Assembly (NCBI GenBank): GCA_051294905.1
Contig: CM119371.1
Location: forward strand, 37,822,001 to 37,886,000
DNA length: 64,000 nt
Origin: Botryllus schlosseri
Lineage: Eukaryota
Direction: 5' to 3'
Of this stretch, positions 14,101 through 28,765 are shown one piece after another (within the stretch, counting starts at the first letter, position 1; each line of letters opens with the position of its first letter). The notes beneath the pieces were generated by a model. That model worked only from the letters and a program-made list of their open reading frames with translations, was not told the origin of the DNA and made no database searches. Made by a program: the position numbers and the translations under genes.

Positions 14101-15237
14101 AGGTGATCCTTACAGCTTCCCGTATAGTCCGTGCGAGTAGGTTTGAGCAAAATGTTAAACGATTTGTTAGTAATCAGCACGCGAAATTATTACGTGGGGT
14201 TGCGGAGCATTTCCAAATCAAAATTTGCGGACGCGGCAATGAAATGGTTCAGTACTTTGGAAATTGCATGATGTATTTTCGCGACTAACTCGAAATGACC
14301 ACGCACGAAGTATTTTTCAACAATATACTAGGTTAGTGTTACCATACATCCTCCTTTGAAATTTCCTCCGATGGCGCCTAAATGTCCACCTTTTTGGTCC
14401 ACCTTTACAGCATTTACAGCTAGGATAATGGTCAGGGTCCAGTGAAGATCTGCATAAATGTCGTGAAATAGGTAATGCTCACGTTAGAGCGGGTTATTCG
14501 GGAGTCGAATGGAAGGATGACCTTTTTTTATTCGACAAAGCAGGATTTCCAGTAAATATTACAATATCCGCTGTTTTCAATTTTCGTCGACTAACTTTTA
14601 TGATTTGGTAAAAGTGCCCTCCTTTTCCGATTCCAAAATATGGTTCGCATGACGAAGTGCCTTGATGGATTCATAAGACCCGCGCAATCAACTAACCCGC
14701 GTTATTTCGCATTGTGGTTGACACTTATGCCAAAACTACTTTTTATCTATCAACAAACAGTATTAAAAGTAAAATGCTTCGCTCAGAATCTGTTGAATTG
14801 ATCTGAAAACTTAAACAAGTAATACAAGCAGGGAAAACCTACTTGAGTACTCCAAAAATGAAGAAGTAATTAGTTACCGACCACCGCAGATATTCAGACG
14901 ACTGAGATGTAGCGCGAATCTTTGTAAAAATTGCACTGCATTGTTACAGTTGGCAGAATCACTCCATTTAAATATAAAATCCCTCTTAACCTGTTGTAAT
15001 ATAATCCGATATCGATCATGATTTCTGTAATCCAAATCATAATAACGCACCAATGAATGTGCGGTAATGTGGTTGCGCCCGCGACGGGTAAATATACGTA
15101 TCCGATTCCCCATAAAGTATCATGTTCCCCAATTATAGCCATTATCGAAAGATAATGGTGTGGTATTGTACCTATATTTTGTCAATGGAGCTCCATCAGT
15201 TTTCTGCGGCATTAACCTCCAGCAGTTCTCTCAATGC

Positions 15238-15357
<120 letters not shown>

Positions 15358-16264
15358 ATTGAATTATGGTGCTCGGCAGCAAAGGCCTTGTGCACCTGGT
15401 CGATTTAATTTGCATTCCGGTCAACAAAACAAAATCTCTCAATGTTAGCGCAGCCGATGATGAGATATATATGAGCTGTAGCGCATGGGAAGGATTTCGC
15501 CAACTTGAATAGGCGGGGAAGGAACGTAAAGTGACATTCCATTGGAGCGTTTCTCTAAAACCAAAGGCATGAGTTTCGAATCGACGATACCTTTCAAAGA
15601 GTTCACTGATATTCTGTGTAGGTCGTGCGGTAATGCCACATAGGGCATTTGCGTCAAACATCTAAAACAGCTTCGTCGAACCGAAGAGGTTCAATTGTAC
15701 CCAGGTCAATAACCACTGTTCTTGGTATATGCGTGGCGGACGTGCTCTTTACTGTCACTCTGAAGGATAGTATCGATACATTGTATTTATTGTTTGTTTG
15801 TTTGAATTGAGCAATACTTCCAGCACAAGCTAGTCCATATCTCACAAATAGTCCGAATATCCTGCATGATTTCATTGCGAAGAAAGGTTCCAGAGTGAGT
15901 AAAATCAACTCCGCATATCACTACTGGAAACATAAAATTGCTTGGTAAGTAGGCCTAGTGAGGCTTCCGTTTGATCAGCACCAATTCACGCCGCCGCCAC
16001 GGGAGAAGGTACTCACCGAAGTAATGGGTTGTATAAGGTCACTTTTGCCCACGACTGCAAAGTTTCACATTTTAAATGATATCAATGGAAGATTCTCCTG
16101 GTAACTGAGCCACCACATTACCTTCCAACCCAGTAAGTTGTATAACAACTTGAAGAATAAAAAAGGCGAATCTCTCGCCACCAGCTCGCGACATCCCTCG
16201 GGTTATTAAAAGCGAAATCACTCCCGACACCGTTCAGATTCCGCCTCGTTTTTGCAGCTCTGAA

Positions 16265-19200
16265 ATGAAGATCGCGATAGTCTGCCTCGTAATTTTCGCC
16301 TGCGTCGTCTACGCGTCGGCCGGTGAGTACGTTGCAGATCATTCCGTCGAAATCTCAGCGGATAAGCAGGGCAGTGTGCAGGCTTGGACAACGAGATAAT
16401 TCTAATTAATGTGGAATTCCGGTAGTCTAATTCTAGTCCAATTTATGAATTATTTGTATTCTCTAATTTCGTTCTAATCTAATTTTCTGAAAATGCTACA
16501 GGAGAACTAGGCTATGTAGTGGGAAAAGAGCCAAGCTCTGTGTAAAGTCATTTGCCATTCTAATGCTGAAGACAATGAACGTTGATTAGTGGGGCAAGAT
16601 TTTGTTGCCCTCAAATCCGTAGACAGTTGCACTTATTTTTCACAATAGTTGCAGCAAAAAGTTGTATTTAATTTTCACAAAAGCTGCACTGAAAAGCTTC
16701 ATTTATGGACAAGTTCCTTGAAAGTATGAGGGTATGAGATACTCGAATCGTTCCGTATCCAAGGCACTGTAGCTAAACTCAATGATTGCGACTTCAAAGA
16801 AATCGATAGCCTGGGAAAATTGACCCAGTGAAAATATTATTTTCGGCGTTCTAGCCTGAATGCACGTCAAATCAGAAAGGACCTCGAATTGAAACAACAG
16901 TGAAATAATCAAGCGATCCATTTGCATATAGTGCCAGATATTTCCAGTAAAAAGTCAGCTGGATAAAAATCGAAAACTCTTGCAAAATGTTGCATGAAAA
17001 ATCGAAAAGACTTGCAAAAAGTTGCATGAAAAAATGAAGAAAAGTTGCAATGTAAGATATACCTCCAAACAGATTAAAACACTATAATACATGACTTCTG
17101 AGTATTTGGGAAGCGTCCGGAAGTTGTAAAAAAAACGTTGCAAAAGTTGCAAAAACTTGCCCTACTGATTAGAAGAATTGACCTCGATTATTATTGTGAT
17201 TCCTTCCAATTTGGAATTGAATTTATTGGCAAATTCATTAATTCCAATTCTAATCTGATTCGGAAAAGAACTGTGCACCTGCAATTCTAACTCTACTGCA
17301 ATTTGGAAAGCGGAATATTTTCCAATTGTGCAACTGGCCGTATGATGCCTTGTTTGACGAAAAACCTCCCCACGTTTATTCAGTATTTCGTTAACAGAAA
17401 GCGGAAAAGCGGGGAAGGAGCCGAGTGCGAAGCAGGTGAGTCGCCCGCAATATTCCCGCGGGTTCAGTAGCGCGAGATATCTTTTTGTTCGTAGGATGAT
17501 CAGGGCGATGGCCGATTTGTGCCTTATCCCGTCAACTATAGGCCTCCCGCATTTCAAGTACCCGTAAATCCGCCACCCGTATATCAACAACCCGTGTATC
17601 AGCCACCGGCGTATCAGCAAACCGCATTCCAACAGCCACAACCAACCTCGTCGAGTGGTCTCTTCGGGAACCCATTGCTGCTTTGGATCCTCAGTAAGTC
17701 ACAATGAACCTGTTGCACGAACAAAACTTTAGTTGGCCTATGCAACTGGATAATATATTATTCATATTGATATAAACCCATACACTTTCGGCTCACAATT
17801 GTCATGGGAAATCGTCAGCAACTATAGTAGATATTGTTTATACGATTCTTACTCTTACTAATGTTGCGATTGCCTGTTTGCGACGTTTGTTTGTGGTATC
17901 CATGGTGTTTGTCGACCACCATGGTCATCGACACCAGGCCAATATTTCTTATTTTTGATTCCGTAGCTGTTGACTTGTAGCACGGCCCACTTCCAGGCCT
18001 ATTTCAAGACACCGCTTACGCGGATGGGATGGCGAGGAGGAGATAAACTACTAGATAAACCTCCAACACTCAAGTAGGATTTCTGGAGTCGACATCGGTT
18101 GGAATCGAATCCACAACCCTTTGGTGTTGTATCTGTGAATTATACCAACGCTATCCCGCCACGATATACACATTCTTATCAGTTCTCTGCTAGTTGCTGA
18201 CGAGTGTCAGTACAAAATATTCGGGTATACTTCAATATGAATTTTGATTTCAATTGGGAATGTTTTAAGCGTAACAATGCAGCGAAAGTTTCTCCAGTAC
18301 TACATTTCGGAGATCTGTGCTTTGCGACAATCACGCCAATGTCGTTGTTACAGTAAACGCTCTAACTGGATCTACCACCACGACTGCTGCCACGACCACC
18401 GTGGCGGCCGTCACCACGGCCGACGCTGTCACGACCGCCGCGCCCACAACCACTGTTGTGATGGTGAGATAGTTATGATTTGGTCAACACCATAGATAAC
18501 TTATCGACCGGCGGTGCGCAACTCGATACTGCACGCTCGGACGACTAAAGATTACTAGAAATCGTCATTGTTTCGAACAGTCCGAGCGCCGCTATAGCCG
18601 ATTGTTATGGTGATTGTATTCGGAGCTTTGGTGTATGCACAAACGTTAAATTGCTCCAGTACCACTGTCGCAGGTTATTGATACTACTACTCTGGCTCCA
18701 GCTCCGGACCTACAAATTAACGAGTGACGTGGTTAATTAGAAAAGTGGGCGACAAAGAGGTAATGATTCTAAATTTCGTGAAAGGTTGTATGTATTGTAC
18801 GTATGTATTTCCGGAATCAGTGCGATAGTAGCTTTCACTAAAGACAGCTTTTAATACATTTCACGATCTGATCTACCTATAAGATAGAGTTACCACTAGG
18901 GCTGGGGAAAATCGAGTACCTGAGTGATTCGATTCTGAATCACGTAATACGCTTCGAGTCGAGTATTCGAGTATCACTCAATATGACGTCACAACATAAT
19001 ATACCATGTCAAAGTTCTAATATGTACCTTTTATGTCACCACAAAAAACATAATTGCCTGTTATCCATCGCGTTGAAGATACTTTGGTATTTTTTCCGAC
19101 CATACCGATTTCATTGCACTTCTTGACCATGTTGTGGTATGATCATGATTTCGGAAATGTGTTATTTCCAGTAACTTTCGTAGCTTTGTACCATGTCTCT

Positions 19201-22200
19201 TATGCTACAACACGGCCAATCACGGTTTCAAGGCCTCCTCAGTGGAAAATAGTATCAAAACTATAATAGTCGTTAGTAAATTAACTTTCAGTTGCGAGGA
19301 GCGTATAATTTCAGTACTCGAAAAAAATCGTTTTTCACTACTCGACTCGAATCATTAAAATTAATACTCGATTCAGATTCGGGTACTCGAATCATTGTTC
19401 CCAGCCCTCGATATCACTCGTCCTCCTTTTCCAGGAAATCGAAAATGCCCTGCTAGGACGCCCTAATATCATTCTTTTTGGCATTTCGTCGTCCTCTATA
19501 TAGCTTTTGGAGCCAGGCGATTGTACCGCCCCAACTAAAAAAAACGCCATACATGCCGCGAAATCTGGAATTCGGACTTCCAATCGTTTTTTTGGGGAGT
19601 CGAGTTTAACAAATGACCTCTTTCTTTCTAGCCAACACTGCAGTCTTTTCCGTAAGGATCTCCAAATCACCCGTGTTCTCGTCCGATATTATAAATTCTG
19701 TGATTCATAAAAAGGGTCCTCTTCTCCAGATTTTAAACTATGGTAACTCATCTATATGAGCTATATCAAGTTACAAGCTATAAGTTTCCAATAACTGTTT
19801 ACAAAGCTACGAGAAATAGTTAACCATCTCCGGTTACCTGGCCGTGCAGTCACGTGTTTCGCTTCTATTATTAGGTTAGTAATCTATGTGACTTCGTCTT
19901 TGCTGCGACTGCAATTGGATTTTAGGCCCCGTTCGACAGCTGGACGACCGTGGGAGATTGTTGGTATCGCTTGTACGACACGCTGTCGACATGGACTGAA
20001 GCCAGGGACGCATGCGCGGACGTGGCCGATGATGTGCATCTCATATCTGTCGGTTACAATCAGATCTCGTCGGCGAGAACGTGAGTTTAGGAGCTGCTGA
20101 TGCTTTCCTCATTGATTCATTATAATTTTTTCACATTTGCACCACAGTGCATATTTAGGGATCAAGATAGGCTTGTGATTAATGTTAAGGGTAGGGGTAG
20201 GTGAACTTTAAGATTACGGGCTGCCAACGACTGGTGACTGAGTAATGAGTATGTTACTTCATATTATCGAAATCCACCCTAACTTCATCCCACAAGCTCA
20301 AGTGTCGCATGTTGATATGACACACGGGCCTAATTTATAATCTGCAATTTAGTGCCTCTACTGGCCCAGACTTGACTTTATAGGCCACGATCTCACTATC
20401 GACCTCTGTTACCGACCTAGGTCGCTTCGTGTCCATCGCTTGCACTCTTTACATTATCTTCTGTTCCTTTTCAGTTATCGTAAATGCTTCTTATTTACAT
20501 GTTTCTAGTCGAGTGGTTCCCAAAATGGGCGATATCGTCTTTAGGCGCAATTTTGAGTGAAAGGGGGCGAATAAAATGAATGGCGGTCGTGAGCTATGAT
20601 CAGTTCGGTCCTATTATATTCATATAACTGTTCGGTTTCTTGATAAGTTCGAATTATATTCGATGAATTTTGATAGAAAAGTGACGCAGTGCTTGACTCA
20701 CTCCAGCCCACAATAGTTGAAAAAATATCAAATCGAGCAAAGTTGCGTCACATTGCGCCAATTGAATTTGTTTGCGAAAGATTTCAACGCGCGGTATTTT
20801 TATTATTGGTGAAAAAGTGAGTGACAATTTTCGCCTGAAAGGCCAGGTGCGTCACGGAGTAGAATGTGAAGGCGTTAAACCGAATTTTCGACAAAAGTAG
20901 TTTCGAGCATTTATCACTCAGGGAGCGCAACTATTGGGACATAATGTGGGCAAGAACCGATTTACAAATATGTACAAGGGATAATATGTCGGGGACGATC
21001 AGTTAATTTTCGAGCATTGCTGCAATTTTGAACTCACACGTAATGTTGATTAAAAAGGTTCTATGGAAATCATGTCGATGATAGTGCAGCAAAAAATGCG
21101 TGACTCTTTCATGTAGGGGAGATGTGGTACCGATGGATCAAAAATCGGAAAATGATAGCTGGCCCTGAAATGTTCAGCCGAAAACAGCAGATCTTTTGCT
21201 GGCTCAGCACTTTGATACAAGCTCTACCTATCGCGCGCATATACATGAATATCCGTCTTTTCAAAAAATATTTATGAGCGTTCAAAATTTGTTGCTCGAA
21301 CGTGTCATCGGTCCCCACCCGGTGGGTCCAATGACACACGACTCGGGGACCTATGACACATCTACCCTAAAAAACTCAAATGTGACTACTTTTCTTGCTC
21401 AGTATTATAATCTAATCTACAGCAAGCCAAAGAAGAATGTTTGGTCGCAACTGTCAAAAAATAGAATAAATATTAACTCAAATGTTGTCATAAAATCACG
21501 TTTCGATTTAGGCTCGGACTTATAAATTTGAGGGTACATACATATTGTCCGAAAATCGACAGTGTGACTTCCAAATACCTCGTTATAGCGATAAAACATC
21601 ATATGCAATTATTACATAAAGATTTTCTGTACGTAGACATGTTTCATTTGTTTCATGATTAGTATGCTTGATTATTTTGCTTGATTTGGCTATTGTATCA
21701 TCGGTCCCCACCCTACGAATTTTATACATGAATCGAAAAAAGTCCACTCAAGGAAAGTACCTAAAAAAATAATAGGTGCCATTATATAGCCTGATACGAG
21801 CCCTACACTTCACAATAAAAATGATAGCTGGTTTGTTCGTGTTGAAGGTTACAAAGAAAAATGTATATGTCGATCTAAATTTAGTTTACACCCCCTAAAA
21901 CAAAAATCATCTGTGAGAGACCCCATTGCTCGCGCACGTCGAATTTTTTTATATGTGAGGAAAGATTTTGCCAGCATGCAATTGTAGACAAGTTCACGGA
22001 GTGTAATCATGGAATTATCATAGAGAATTTTCAAAGTATTTTCGGTCCCAGTGACCCATCGTTACCACATCTCTCCTACTGAGCGATGGTCGCATAGATC
22101 TGTCTCGGTACATCCAATTTTGTAAAAGTGCGATTTTAGGCGGCAATGGCCTGAACGAAGCCGAAATATCAATTCAGAAAGCCTCTGTCGGTGCATCGAT

Positions 22201-23572
22201 CGAAAGTGGCCATCAGTCAATCATCCGTGGAAGTTTCGATAGTGCGCTCCTCGCTCATTTCGTTGATATTCGGCGTTCCAGACCGCTCTACAGTTTTGCA
22301 ACTCGTCGTTGAATTGCATCCCAAAACTAGTTTTCGTTTGACAATATTGAGCTTGCAGCAATTTAACTGCGTCAAATACTGTTGAAGTAGAATTGACGTG
22401 CAAATATAACTGCTTAGGTGAGTAAGCCAAGTACAGATAGACATACTCGATTACTAACAACAAATTACTGCTCAAAAGATTCGGTGTCTTAAACATAAAA
22501 GATAAGCGGAAACTAGAAATTGCCCAGTTTAGGTATCAGTTCCATTGCGGTCATTGCCCCGAAAATTTCAATGACTACTTTATCTCGGAATTAAAAGCGC
22601 ATTTTATCATTTCCTGCGAATTGTTTCTTTAGATGTATCTATTGCCTTTTCTGGTCGTTTCATTGAATATATACTGAGCGTCGCGCAAATAACCATCATC
22701 GGTTGAAAGCGCCACTTTTTTCTTTTCTCCATAATAATAATAATAATAAAAAAGTGCATAAGTTGGCCTACCACACATGCGCGTCTTCGTCGTCTAACTA
22801 TCATGTGGTCGACAAGAAAGATCATCGCTTTATCAAATATGTCGGACCTGAATTGTGGAACGGTATCTCGCCGGCTATCCGACAGTCGCCAAGCATGTAC
22901 AGTTGTCCACATGCAAGTCGAAATACAAGCAATTTCTTCTGACTAAATACTATGCAGTCGTCAGGTTTACCGCACTACGACCTGACATATCGATCTCCCC
23001 TTCCTTCACATGCCACCTCCGTTTTTCGATTGTCCATTTGTATCGCTTTCTTTTACTTTTCGTTCAGTGCACGTACATGCTTTCTCTTTATATCGCCTGG
23101 TCTCGAGTGGTGTCTGATTTAAAAGACTATCCCAAGTCGTTTCGGCGCCTTCCTATCTTTTTCTTGTATCTTAATAAAACTGATACTGCTGCAATACAGA
23201 AAGGTAGCTGTAGCCTACGTAGAGGAGATACTAATGGTTTACTTACTACTTCACTTCATTTATTTTTCACTTTTTCACTACAGCGCGCTGCTAACAGAGA
23301 TCGGGGCGAGATCGACTGCTTTCTGGACCGGACTGCAAACCGACGGGACTTCACAAGATGCAAACATCCTAACCGCCAACTTACTTGGCACCAATCCGAT
23401 CACCATTCTGACTGCAGCCACTCAAGAATTGACGATGACTCAAATCGACGGCACTGGCACAGGCACAAACGTTTGTGGCCGACAACACGCCACAGACGTG
23501 GACGCAATCGACTTCCAAAACTGCGACGACACCGTCCCCAAACTCAAATACGTTTGCGAATATTGCGGCTAA
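16265..23572 (+). CDS. Secreted Pro/Gln/Tyr-rich, Thr-stalk C-type lectin-like domain protein, paralogue B (6 exons, ~282 aa)
   Basis: Exons 16265-16322, 17398-17435, 17495-17693, 18354-18463, 19926-20080 and 23284-23572 splice in frame (849 nt). Signal peptide MKIAIVCLVIFACVVYASA; then FVPYPVNYRPPAFQVPVNPPPVYQQPVYQPPAYQQ...GLFGNPLLLWIL; stalk TGSTTTTAATTTVAAVTTADAVTTAAPTTT; CTLD SWTTVGDCWYRLYDTLSTWTEARDACAD...FWTGLQ...NVCGRQ...FQNCDDTVPKLKYVCEYCG*. Confidence 0.9.
17875..18162 (-). mobile_element. tRNA-derived SINE family 1, in intron 3 of paralogue B
   Basis: Reverse complement aligns end to end with the copy at 42521-42798; (CAAA)-type tail. Confidence 0.85.
18897..19409. mobile_element. 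hAT-like MITE with TAGGGCTGGG termini
   Basis: TAGGGCTGGGGAAAATCGAGTACC...GGTACTCGAATCATTGTTCCCAGCCCT; degenerate TSD gttaccac/gatatcac. Partial copies at ~25380-25590 and 27200-27750. Confidence 0.65.
21116..22076. mobile_element. Tc1/mariner-pogo-type non-autonomous element in intron 5 of paralogue B
   Basis: TIR GGGGAGATGTGGTA(C/A)CGATGG at both ends, flanked by TA. Confidence 0.7.
22390..23190 (+). mobile_element. Degenerate LINE (second family) 3' fragment in intron 5 of paralogue B
   Basis: Translates LLKRFGVLNIKDKRKLEIAQF.YQFHCGHCPENFNDYF and IKYVGPELWNGI. Homologous to 58420-61005. Ends AATAAAACTGATAC. Confidence 0.8.
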
Positions 23573-24518
23573 TCGTCGCGGATATCGGCCCCGAAACGAC
23601 GTGAGGCATAGCTGTGACGTCAATTGTAATTTGAGTGCGCTTTGTCGTTACAATGCCGCGTCGTACTGTAACGATTGAAATGATTCTTCCCGTTTACCAT
23701 AATAAGGATGTATTCGCACTGACAATTACAAATATATTCGGCATCGTGGTCGGGCTGATTTCCTCATCAATACTTAGTCGGTAGCAGAGTTGGAGAACCA
23801 AACAACTGTCAGCTTTTCCAAATTGGTAGAATTAGAATTATTGCTACACATTTTTTCAACCTCTATTCGAACCTAAAATACTGAATTCGCCAAAACTAGG
23901 AACTGAAATAAATTCCGCATTTGCAAGATATACAAAAACAATCCAGTTTAGTTTTTATCAAATTATGTCTTCATGAACACGACTGCTGCAAATTTATGTG
24001 CGCCTAGTTTGGCTCGTTCGCACTATTCAGTTCTACTGTAGCTTTCTCAGGAAAACAAGAAATTAGATTCGAATTAAAATGACAGAATATAAACATTTCA
24101 CAAATTAGGTTAGTATTAGATGACTGGCATTTCGCTTTGATTAGTCCAATTAGACAAGATAGAATTATTTACTATTCTACCAGAATTATCTGGTGGTCCA
24201 TAATCATGGGTATAATTCCCAGTTGATATCCAAGCTGACGAAGGAGCCAGGCCAATAAATCGAGGAAAGCTGAAGTCAGTGTTGTTAAAAGATTCCCAGC
24301 TATCGTGTTTCCATGTTAAAGCTTTAATCTCAGAGATCGCTTCGGAACACGAGTGGCATCTGAATTTTGAAACTATCAGATATCCCTCGTTGCTCACAAT
24401 TAGCAGTAAACACGGCGGATGCGTGACGTCGTGGATCTGAGTGACGATTTCGCCGACGGGCAGGCCGGCTTGTGATCGTACTCGCGCGCATCACCGCTAG
24501 CTTGAGACAGGAACGAAG

Positions 24519-24691
24519 CAGTTCGACAACTTGGCCACAACTGTGCTTGTTTCTTTCCCGAATGATAACGGTTACATCGATCTTAACGATTTGAATATCA
24601 CACGAAACAGTTCGACAACTTGGCCACAACTGTGCTTGTTTCTTTCCCGAATTAAAACGGTTACATCGATCTTTACGATTTGAATATCACA
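24519..24691. repeat. Tandem duplication, 2 x ~88 bp
   Basis: cagttcgacaacttggccacaactgtgcttgtttctttcccgaat...gatttgaatatcaca occurs twice, head to tail. Confidence 0.9.
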
Positions 24692-24947
24692 TTCATTTCA
24701 CTATAGCAATCACGCGTTTGGTATGATAATGGAATAATCCGGTTGAAACACATACGCTTCGTTTTGATGCCGACATTTATGATGGTCAAAGTATTTAGAG
24801 TTGCAACCCAGGTAGAAGTAACGTTATACATTCCTGTTCTATTACAAGTCGAAGTAGCGATTTTCCAGACACGTCCAACATGCTGCAAATGAAATGAAAG
24901 GTCGGAATGTACTTAAGTAAGTAATTTCAAAAATAGATTTGCTAGAT

Positions 24948-25237
24948 CAGTGGTTCTCAAACTTTTTAGACGCGACTTCCTTTATGACAGTAAAACATTT
25001 CGCGGCCCCCTTATCGTAATATCACAAAATGCAACCATAATGCTAGCAATCGCAACGGATAGTTTGATGGCATGGAAGGGTATGACTGTTGACGAGAGAA
25101 TTCTACAATGTGAGCGAAAACCATGAATTGGAGGTAAATGTTTTTTCAGTTAACCGCAGCTTCGCGCTCCCCTTCAGATGCTTTCACGCCCCGCAAGGAG
25201 GACGTGCCCCTCCCCCTCCCCAGTTTGAGAACCCCTG
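24948..25237. mobile_element. Charlie/Buster-type hAT MITE
   Basis: CAGTGGTTCTCAAAC TIR; TSD tgctagat/tgctagag. Confidence 0.85.
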
Positions 25238-26725
25238 TGCTAGAGGGAGGCGCATACTTTTAGCATTTGAACGGAGTTGTTGCTTTAAAGATTTGTGAGA
25301 TGTTTTTAGCGACGAACACCAAACGAGTGATAACGCTACAGGTTTGCAGTTCGTTTATCTTTATAGCCGCACAAGAGCGAGTAGCTGATTGATTCGATTG
25401 TCGAGTTTAGTCGAGTATCCCTCATTGTGACGCTACAACAGACTGTAATATATCAAGGTTCAAATATATACCTTTTATGCGACCACAAAGAAAATAATAC
25501 CTGTTATCGATCACATTAAAGATAGATTGGTATTTTGCAAGCCACACCGATTTCATTGCACTCTGTGACTTTGTTGTTGTATTCAGGACGGTAACTGCCG
25601 CACCCCAAACCATCCAATTAGGGTGACCCGAGCTCGAAGGGCGCCCAAAATTGTTTCGTGAATTAACATAATTATAAAGTATTTTTTAGCAATTCATTCA
25701 TCTTTTTTTTTTTTTTAAATCCGCGCATCGCACGATTCAATGTTGCCAAATTTATTGATTATTAGGCACCCTTCCCCAACAAAAATACGCATGACTTATA
25801 GAAATGGGCATTTAGGCGTCTGCCATTACTGCACCACGACGCACCAAAACTAAGTTATAGGCCACGTAACATACGACTCTGAGAAGTGTGCCAGAACGAT
25901 CAGCAGCTAGAAGACCTTGGCCGACAAGGAATGCCCCTGTGTTGACCGAAAACTTCGATATATATATATACATATATATCTTTATATGGTTAACTGTTCA
26001 TAGGCGCCTGAAGGGCTGGCGCCGAATATTCCTGTCCTGGCGATCTGAACCTAACAGGACAAATGCCATCCCGCAGTGAAAAAATTATTTGCCAGTAAAG
26101 AAATAGCAATTTGAAATCGTGTGCGTCTTGTAGTTTAGTACGTTTTGGCGATTTCCATATCTTTTGACATAGCAGATATAGCAGGTCACGAAATAGCATT
26201 AAGTAACGAAGTCAATATACCAACGGGTCCGCCGAAGATGTTTAATTATTATTTAGGGGTCCTAGCTTTTCCAACACACCTCACTCAGCTATACCGGTAA
26301 ATCTGATTACGTGAGTAGAACCAGAATAAAAAATTAATAGCAATACATATGCAATTCCCGATCATGTTGTCCGATTCAATCATGTATTATATCAATTTCT
26401 CGCGCCTCATGGGTTTAGGCGAAATATGGTTCAATACACCACAAATTGCGATACAATGAAAAGATGGGAAAGCGTCGAAGCGACTTAAACTAGTCTATGG
26501 ATTCAGACACCCACCTTGGCCCAGGCGATGTAAAGAAGAGGCATGCGGCACACTGAATGAAAAGTAAAGAAGATAGTATGGAAAAAAGCAAGCGACAAAA
26601 ATGGGGTGGCATGTCATGGAAGGCGAGATCGATAGGTCAGTCGTGGTCCGGTAATCTTGAGGATGAACTAGTATTCATCTAGTTATAGTTGCTTGTATTG
26701 GTGGGTTATGGTTGACTCACTAAAC

Positions 26726-27043
26726 CAGTGGTTCTCAACCTATTTTTAGACACGCCCCCCTTTTTGATAGTGAAAAATTTCGCGCCCCCCCTTATCGTAA
26801 TATCACAATATCCAACCGGGATGCTAGCAACCCCAACAGATTGTTTGATGGCATGGAATGTTATGAGTGTTGATGAGAGACTTAAAAATATGAAATTCGG
26901 TCTGTATATGGAGAAACACGCGTGAACTGGAGGTAAATCGCGCCGAGCGCAATTTTTTTTCAGTTCACCGATTCTTCGCACCCCCTTCAATGCTTTCACG
27001 CCTCCTCAAGGGGGGGGGGCGCCACCCAGGTTGAGAACCACTG
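26726..27043. mobile_element. Charlie/Buster-type hAT MITE
   Basis: Perfect TIRs; TSD cactaaac on both sides. Confidence 0.9.
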
Positions 27044-27995
27044 CACTAAACAGTACATCCAATGTAGCTCATAAGTAGCGGCAAAATGCGTATAGGCTGA
27101 GGGGAGTCTGGGAGGCGAAGCCCCCCCCCCCCCAGAAGTTCGGTTTATCACCCAATGGGGGTCCGAAGACCAACGTATGGCTGGCTGACGAAGTTCTGTT
27201 GCGGTCCTGGTTGTATGATCATGACTTCGGAAATGTGTTATTTCCAGTAACGTTCGTAGCTCTGCACTATGCTTCGTATACTGCGATACGGTCAATCGAC
27301 GTTTCAAGGCTTCTATCCGCGGAATATAATATCGAAACTTTCATTTGTGTGCCTTGGAGTCGATCATTATCAAAATACTGCAGCCAAGGCTGTGTCAACA
27401 AAAAGAGTTCATGTACCATCTAAAAATAGTACATTGGACGCTCTTTTGTTCGAAATTCCATGCTGGTGACGTCATATGTTGTGATACGATTGTTGATGTA
27501 CAATGTTCTTTCCAATTCTCTACTAGTTGCTGACGATTACGCCTGACTAGTGTCAGCCGAAAATATTTGGGCTCATTTCATTATAAATAGCCTATACTAT
27601 TCAATTGGATATCGAAACTATAATTCTCGTTGATAAATTAATTTTCAGGGGCAAGGACCGTATTATTTCAGTTCTCGAAAGATTTGTTTTTTACTGCTCG
27701 ATTAGAATCATTAAAATTAATACTAGATTGACATGCAAGTACTTGAATCATCATTTTTACACGACGTCTCCATGGCAGTGATAGCCTACAGGCACCAAAC
27801 ACCCCTAACCCCTAACATCGACAAAACGTTGTTTTGTTTATTGCTCACACAAACTACGTTGTAGCTTACAGCCTTTTTGGAATACTGTAATTCCAAAGCC
27901 GCACGATACACGACATTCCATACTCACAGCTCTGTAGCAATTTCAGCACAGACACTATCAAGGAATGAAATCCTACAAGATAATATCCCTTAGAA

Positions 27996-28332
27996 CAGTG
28001 GTTCTCAACCTATTTTTTAGACACGCCACCCTTTATGATAGTGAAAAATTTCGCGCCCCCTTATCGTCATATCACAAAATCTAACCGGGATGCTAGCAAC
28101 CCCAACAGATTGTTTGATGGCGTGGGAGGCTATGATTGTTGATGAGAGAATTCAAGAATATGAAATTTGGTTTATATATAGAGAAACACGCGAGAATAAG
28201 AGGTAAATCGCGCAGAGCGCTAAAAAAAATTTCAGTTGACCGCTTCTTCGCGCCCCCTTCAGATGCTTTCACGCGCCCCCCCCCCCCCCCCCCCTCCCAA
28301 AGGGGGCGCGACCCCCAGGTTGAGAACCACTG
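27996..28332. mobile_element. Charlie/Buster-type hAT MITE
   Basis: Perfect TIRs; TSD ccttagaa on both sides. Confidence 0.9.
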
Positions 28333-28765
28333 CCTTAGAACGTCATTGTATTTCGTTTCGTTGTGGTGTATTGATGGACTCAAATATTCATTATTCTCGT
28401 TGTACAGGCGTTTATAACTGTGTGTTCAAAAATCCTTACTGACAAATAATGCTGTTTGTTAGATTGATTTGATTGAAAATTCAATGTCGCATGACAATAA
28501 ACATCTATGGAGAGCGTTGGTGACGATTCGAGATTGAAAGCCCCTTGTACGACCGACAATGACGTGACGACATGTTCATATATGATATATGTCTTATACA
28601 CAAGGTATTATTGACTGGATTTTCTCTCAGATTTCCGTCGCGCACAATGCCCAGTGGCGCACCTTTACTCTAAGCGCCCCCAATCGCCCGTAGTTTAAGG
28701 CTGTTGAGATCTTATTCGTTTGCTTGCGTGTGGTATTCATGGTGTTTTTCGACTACCATGGTCAT

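Noticed and set aside
22855..23604. 249-aa ORF, and the 176-aa ORF at 9582-10112
   Set aside because: They run across LINE/hAT remnants and the wrong frame of exon 6. The real frame is the lectin domain.
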